This document shows positions 59,345 through 64,000 of a stretch of 64,000 bases of DNA, piece by piece; within the stretch, counting starts at the first letter, position 1; each line of letters begins with the position of its first letter. Made by a program: the position numbers and the translations under genes. The DNA is taken from assembly GCA_002269645.1 (NCBI GenBank), contig NIVC01001367.1:1-64000 (forward strand), in the 5' to 3' direction. The DNA comes from Macrostomum lignano. Lineage: Eukaryota. A model generated the notes under the pieces. That model was not told the origin of the DNA. It searched no databases and saw nothing but the letters and a program-made list of their open reading frames with translations.

Positions 59345-59830
59345 CCATGGCGCCCCCTATGCTCCTCATGGCGCCCCCTATACTCCCCATGGCGCCCGCT
59401 ATTCTCCTCATGGTGCCCCCTATACTCCCCATGGCGCCCGCTATTCTCCTCATGGTGCCCCCTATGCTCCTCATGGCGCCCCCTATGCTCCTCATGGCGC
59501 CCCCTATACTCCCCATGGCGCCCGCTATTCTCCTCATGGTGCCCCCTATGCTCTTCATGGCGCCCCCTTTGCTCTTCATGGCGCCCCCTATATTCCCCAT
59601 GGCGCCCCCTATGCTCCTCATAGCGACCCTTTTGCTCCTCATAACGCTCCCCATGCTCCTCATGGCGCCCCCTGAGAGTGTGCCCCCAATGCTCCCCATG
59701 GCGCCCCCCATGCTCCTCATGGCGCCCCCTATGCTCCTCATGGCGCCCCCTATGCTCCTCATGGCGCCCCCTATGCTCACCATGGCGCCCCCTGAGAGTG
59801 TGCCCCCAATGCTCTTCATGGCGCCTCTGA
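59345..59830. repeat. 21-bp minisatellite (CATGGCGCCCCCTATGCTCCT) downstream of the WAVE stop
   Basis: Tandem variants; AATAAA signals at about 60019 and 60110 suggest it may lie in the 3' UTR. Confidence 0.93.
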
Positions 59831-60279
59831 GAAACTTACGGCGGCCCTTATAACTAAATTTCATCCTCTACACTGTTTTTGCTGCTTTTGGCTGCTGCTT
59901 TAACCAAGCAAACTCAATGAAACTCCCGAGCTCAGCCTGGGCCGGCCAAATGAATTCAGAGCCAGTCAATATAAGTATATTAAATATAGCCTAGGCAGTC
60001 ACTGATAAATTGATTCATAATAAAAGTTTTCCCTATAGATCGGATATTCAATCCTATTTATTTTTATCAAATATACAGGAAGATTTCATATCCGATTGTC
60101 ACAGATTTCAATAAAAAAGTTTTCGATTTGAAGATTTGCACTAAAAGCGTTTCTGATTTTCAAAAAATGGCGTCTTCAATTATTTTTATTTAAAAATAAC
60201 TGACATTGTGTGAGACAGTCTTGCACTTTGATGATACCTGATAGCCCTCCTGTGATGACACCTGATAGTACCTCTGTGA

Positions 60280-61310
60280 TAATACCCCATGATAGTTATT
60301 ATGTGAGGCACCATGATACCCCATGATAGTTATTATGTGAGGCACCATGATACCCCATTAGGTATTCTGTGAGGCACCATGATACCCCATTAGGTATTCT
60401 GTGAGGCACCATGATACCCCATTAGGTATTCTGTGAGGCACCATGAACCCCATTAGGTATACTGTGAGGCACCATGATACCCCATTAGGTATTCTGTGAG
60501 GCACCATGATACCCCATTAGGTATTCTGTGAGGCACCATGATACCCCATTAGGTATTCTGTGAGGCACCATGATACCCCATTAGGTACATGTATTCTGTG
60601 AGGCACCATGAACCCCATTAGGTATACTGTGAGGCACCATGAACCCCATTAGGTATTCTGTGAGGCACCATGATACCCCATTAGGTATTCTGTGAGGCAC
60701 CATGATACCCCATTAGGTATTCTGTGAGGCACCATGATACCCCATTAGGTATTCTGTGAGGCACCATGATACCCCATTAGGTATTCTGTGAGGCACCATG
60801 AACCCCATTAGGTATTCTGTGAGGCACTATGAACCCCATTAGGTATTCTGTGAGGCACCATGAACCCCATTAGGTATTCTGTGAGGCACCATGATACCCC
60901 ATTAGGTATTCTGTGAGGCACCATGCACCCCATTAGGTATTCTGTGAGGCACCATGCACCCCATTAGGTATTCTGTGAGGCACCATGCACCCCATTAGGT
61001 ATTCTGTGAGGCACCATGAACCCCATTAGGTATTCGGTGAGGCACCATGAACCCCATTAGGTATTCTGTGAGGCACCATGAACCCCATTAGGTATTCGGT
61101 GAGGCACCATGAACCCCATTAGGTATTCGGTGAGGCACCATGAACCCCATTAGGTATTCGGTGAGGCACCATGAACCCCATTAGGTATTCGGTGAGGCAC
61201 CATGAACCCCATTAGGTAATCGGTGAGGCACCATGAACTCCATTAGGTATTCTGTGAGGTCCATTAGGTATTCGGTGAGGCCCATTAGGTATTCGGTGAG
61301 GCACCATGAG
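60280..61310. repeat. 31/32-bp minisatellite
   Basis: GTGAGGCACCATGA(T)ACCCCATTAGGTATTCT, about 32 copies. Confidence 0.95.
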
Positions 61311-62188
61311 ACTCGTCCCATTGGTCATGTGAAGCGCCATGGCCTCACGCATAGAGCGGGTCTCAGCTTCATCTTGCAGACGACAGCCTCCAAGTCACAA
61401 AGCGGACCGTCATTTCGTCACGAACCCAAACCAGCTGCCGGTTTAGCATCAGCACAGGCCCAGCATGCCCGCAAACTGAGCTTCTGATGAAGCAGGAAGG
61501 GATTAGCAAGCAGAGGCCGCCCTGCCGGATAGGCGGGCGTGCGGGCTGGGATCGATGAGATGCGAAGTCACGCTCGGGACGGGTTATCGAATAGCGCCAG
61601 AAAATGCCCGCCCAGTGTAGGCGGGGCCACGCAAGCACTGATGCAGCGCGGCGGGACACCCGGCGTCAAAAAACAAAAACAGCTCCCGATGCCAAAAATA
61701 GCGGCAGCCGAAGATTTCACTGCCAGACGCATGCGAGTCTCAGCTGAGAATCTTCTATTGATTTTGGGGCCGGCCCCGCCTGCAGCTGCAGCTCGAGTCG
61801 GAGATTTAGCAGCTGGCTGGGATCGGGAATTAGCGAGGCCGGGACGGCTCGGAGCCTCGGCAGCCCCCCTCCCCCAAGCAAGGCTGCTCAGGAAACAAGC
61901 CGGCGCCTCGAAGTTCCGGCGACTGCAAGGGGCTTCCACTGGCCGCGAAGGTTGAAATGAGAAACTCGCTCGGCGATGCCGGGGAAATCTCCCCGAGCTC
62001 TGCCGGCTTCCCCCGCACACCTGCGCTGCTCTGCCTGCCTGCTCTCTGGACAAGTAAGAGTGCAGTTCTGCAGAAATTTAGGAGCAGACTTGTTGCAGAA
62101 AATTGCCACTGCATTTGTGCCCTCTTCGACAAGACATAAGAGGAAAATTCACTCACAGTCTTTGCTTGAGGCTGGTTTTCACTGCAAA

Positions 62189-64000
62189 ATGAGTTTGGCC
62201 ACAGGTGAGTCACGTGTTTCTCATGAGTTTGGCCACAGGTGAGTCACGTGTTTCTCATGAGTCTGGCCACAGGTGAGTCACGTGTTTTGCATGAGTCTGT
62301 CCACAGGTGAGTCACGTGTTTCACATGAGTCTGGCCACAGGTGAGTCACGTGTTTCTCATGAGTTTGGCCACAGGTGAGTCACGTGTTTCTCATGAGTCT
62401 GGCCACAGGTGAGTCACGTGTTTTGCATGAGTCTGTCCACAGATGAGTCACGTGTTTTGCATGAGTTTGGCCACAGGTGAGTCGTCACGTGTTTTGCATG
62501 AGTTTGGCCTCAGGTGAGTCACGTGTTTCTCATGAGTTTGGCCACAGGTGAGTCACGTGTTTCACATGAGTTTGGCCACAGGTGAGTCACGTGTTTCTCA
62601 TGAGTCTGGCCACAGGTGAGTCACGTGTTTAGCATGAGTTTGGCCTCAGGTGAGTCACGTGTTTCTCATGAGTTTGGCCACAGGTGAGTCACGTGTTTCA
62701 CATGAGTCTGGCCTCAGGTGAGTCACGTGTTTCTCATGAGTCTGGCCGCAGGTGAGTCACGTGTTTCTCATGAGTCTGGCCACAGGTGAGTCACGTGTTT
62801 TGCATGAGTCTGGCCACAGGTGAGTCACGTGTTTTGCATGAGTTTGGCCACAGGTGAGTCACGTGTTTCTCATGAGTTTGGCCTCAGGTGAGTCGCGTGT
62901 TTCTCATGAGTTTGGCCGCAGGTGAGTCGCATGTTTTGCATGAGTTTGGCCGCAGGTGAGTCGCGTGTTTTGCATGAGTTTGGCCGCAGGTGAGTCGCGT
63001 GTTTTGCATGAGTTTGGCCACAGGTGAGTCACGTGTTTCACATGAGTTTGGCCACAGGTAAGTCACGTGTTTCTCATGAGTCTGGCCACAGGTGAGTCAC
63101 GTGTTTAGCATGAGTTTGGCCTCAGGTGAGTCACGTGTTTCTCATGAGTTTGGCCACAGGTGAGTCACGTGTTTCACATGAGTCTGGCCTCAGGTGAGTC
63201 ACGTGTTTCTCATGAGTCTGGCCACAGGTGAGTCACGTGTTTTGCATGAGTTTGGCCACAGGTGAGTCACGTGTTTTGCATGAGTTAGGCCACAGGTGAG
63301 TCACGTGTTTCTCATGAGTTTGGCCTCAGGTGAGTCGCGTGTTTCTCATGAGTTTGGCCGCAGGTGAGTCGCATGTTTTGCATGAGTTTGGCCGCAGGTG
63401 AGTCGCGTGTTTCTCATGAGTTTGGCCGCAGGTGAGTCGCATGTTTTGCATGAGTTTGGCCGCAGGTGAGTCGCGTGTTTTGCATGAGTTTGGCCGCAGG
63501 TGAGTCACGTGTTTTGCATGAGTTTGGCCACAGGTGAGTCACGTGTTTCACATGAGTTTGGCCACAGGTGAGTCACGTGTTTCTCATGAGTCTGGCCACA
63601 GGTGAGTCACGTGTTTAGCATGAGTTTGGCCTCAGGTGAGTCACGTGTTTCTCATGAGTTTGGCCACAGGTGAGTCACGTGTTTCACATGAGTCTGGCCT
63701 CAGGTGAGTCACGTGTTTCTCATGAGTCTGGCCACAGGTGAGTCACGTGTTTTGCATGAGTCTGGCCACAGGTGAGTCGCGTGTTTCTCATGAGTTTGGC
63801 CGCAGGTGAGTCGCATGTTTTGCATGAGTTTGGCCGCAGGTGAGTCGCGTGTTTCTCATGAGTTTGGCCGCAGGTGAGTCGCATGTTTTGCATGAGTTTG
63901 GCCGCAGGTGAGTCGCGTGTTTCTCATGAGTTTGGCCGCAGGTGAGTCGCGTGTTTTGCATGAGTTTGGCCGCAGGTGAGTCGCATGTTTTGCATGAGTT
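62189..64000 (+). repeat. 34-bp minisatellite containing ATG and CAG|GTGAGT in every unit (runs off the window)
   Basis: CATGAGTTTGGCCACAGGTGAGTCACGTGTTTCT, about 53 copies; the first unit follows a CpG-rich unique region (61320-62188). Confidence 0.96.

Noticed and set aside
59279-59864. His-Gly-Ala-Pro-Tyr repeat ORF
   Set aside because: 21-bp minisatellite open in multiple frames downstream of the WAVE stop.

Overview
Eukaryotic (invertebrate metazoan) genomic DNA: GC- and CpG-rich exons separated by introns and spacers filled with more than 20 different minisatellites. The style resembles the flatworm Macrostomum, which is an inference I cannot verify. Supported genes: a three-coding-exon 2',3'-cyclic-nucleotide 3'-phosphodiesterase (CNP, minus strand); an orphan 187-aa ORF with a DSGYLS motif; a frameshifted vWA protein whose C-terminus resembles the plant EFFECTOR OF TRANSCRIPTION GIY-YIG-like domain; an ATM kinase encoded by a single 8-kb coding exon; an eight-exon, about 633-aa TIR + two-transmembrane protein spread over 16 kb (one 1-nt frameshift, and a 7-kb satellite in its last intron); and a WAVE/SCAR gene on the plus strand. 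Mobile DNA: a solo LTR, a tRNA-SINE, two RTE LINE fragments, a LOA/R1-like LINE 3' end, hAT- and Harbinger-like MITEs, and a decayed Gypsy gag. Two roughly 2-kb islands are almost free of CpG, look TpA-rich, and coincide with the predicted 5'-UTR introns of CNP and ATM. The terminal 34-bp array repeats an ATG plus CAG|GTGAGT splice junction about 53 times. Exon models were assembled by eye from splice signals, reading-frame phase and recalled homology; no searches were run.
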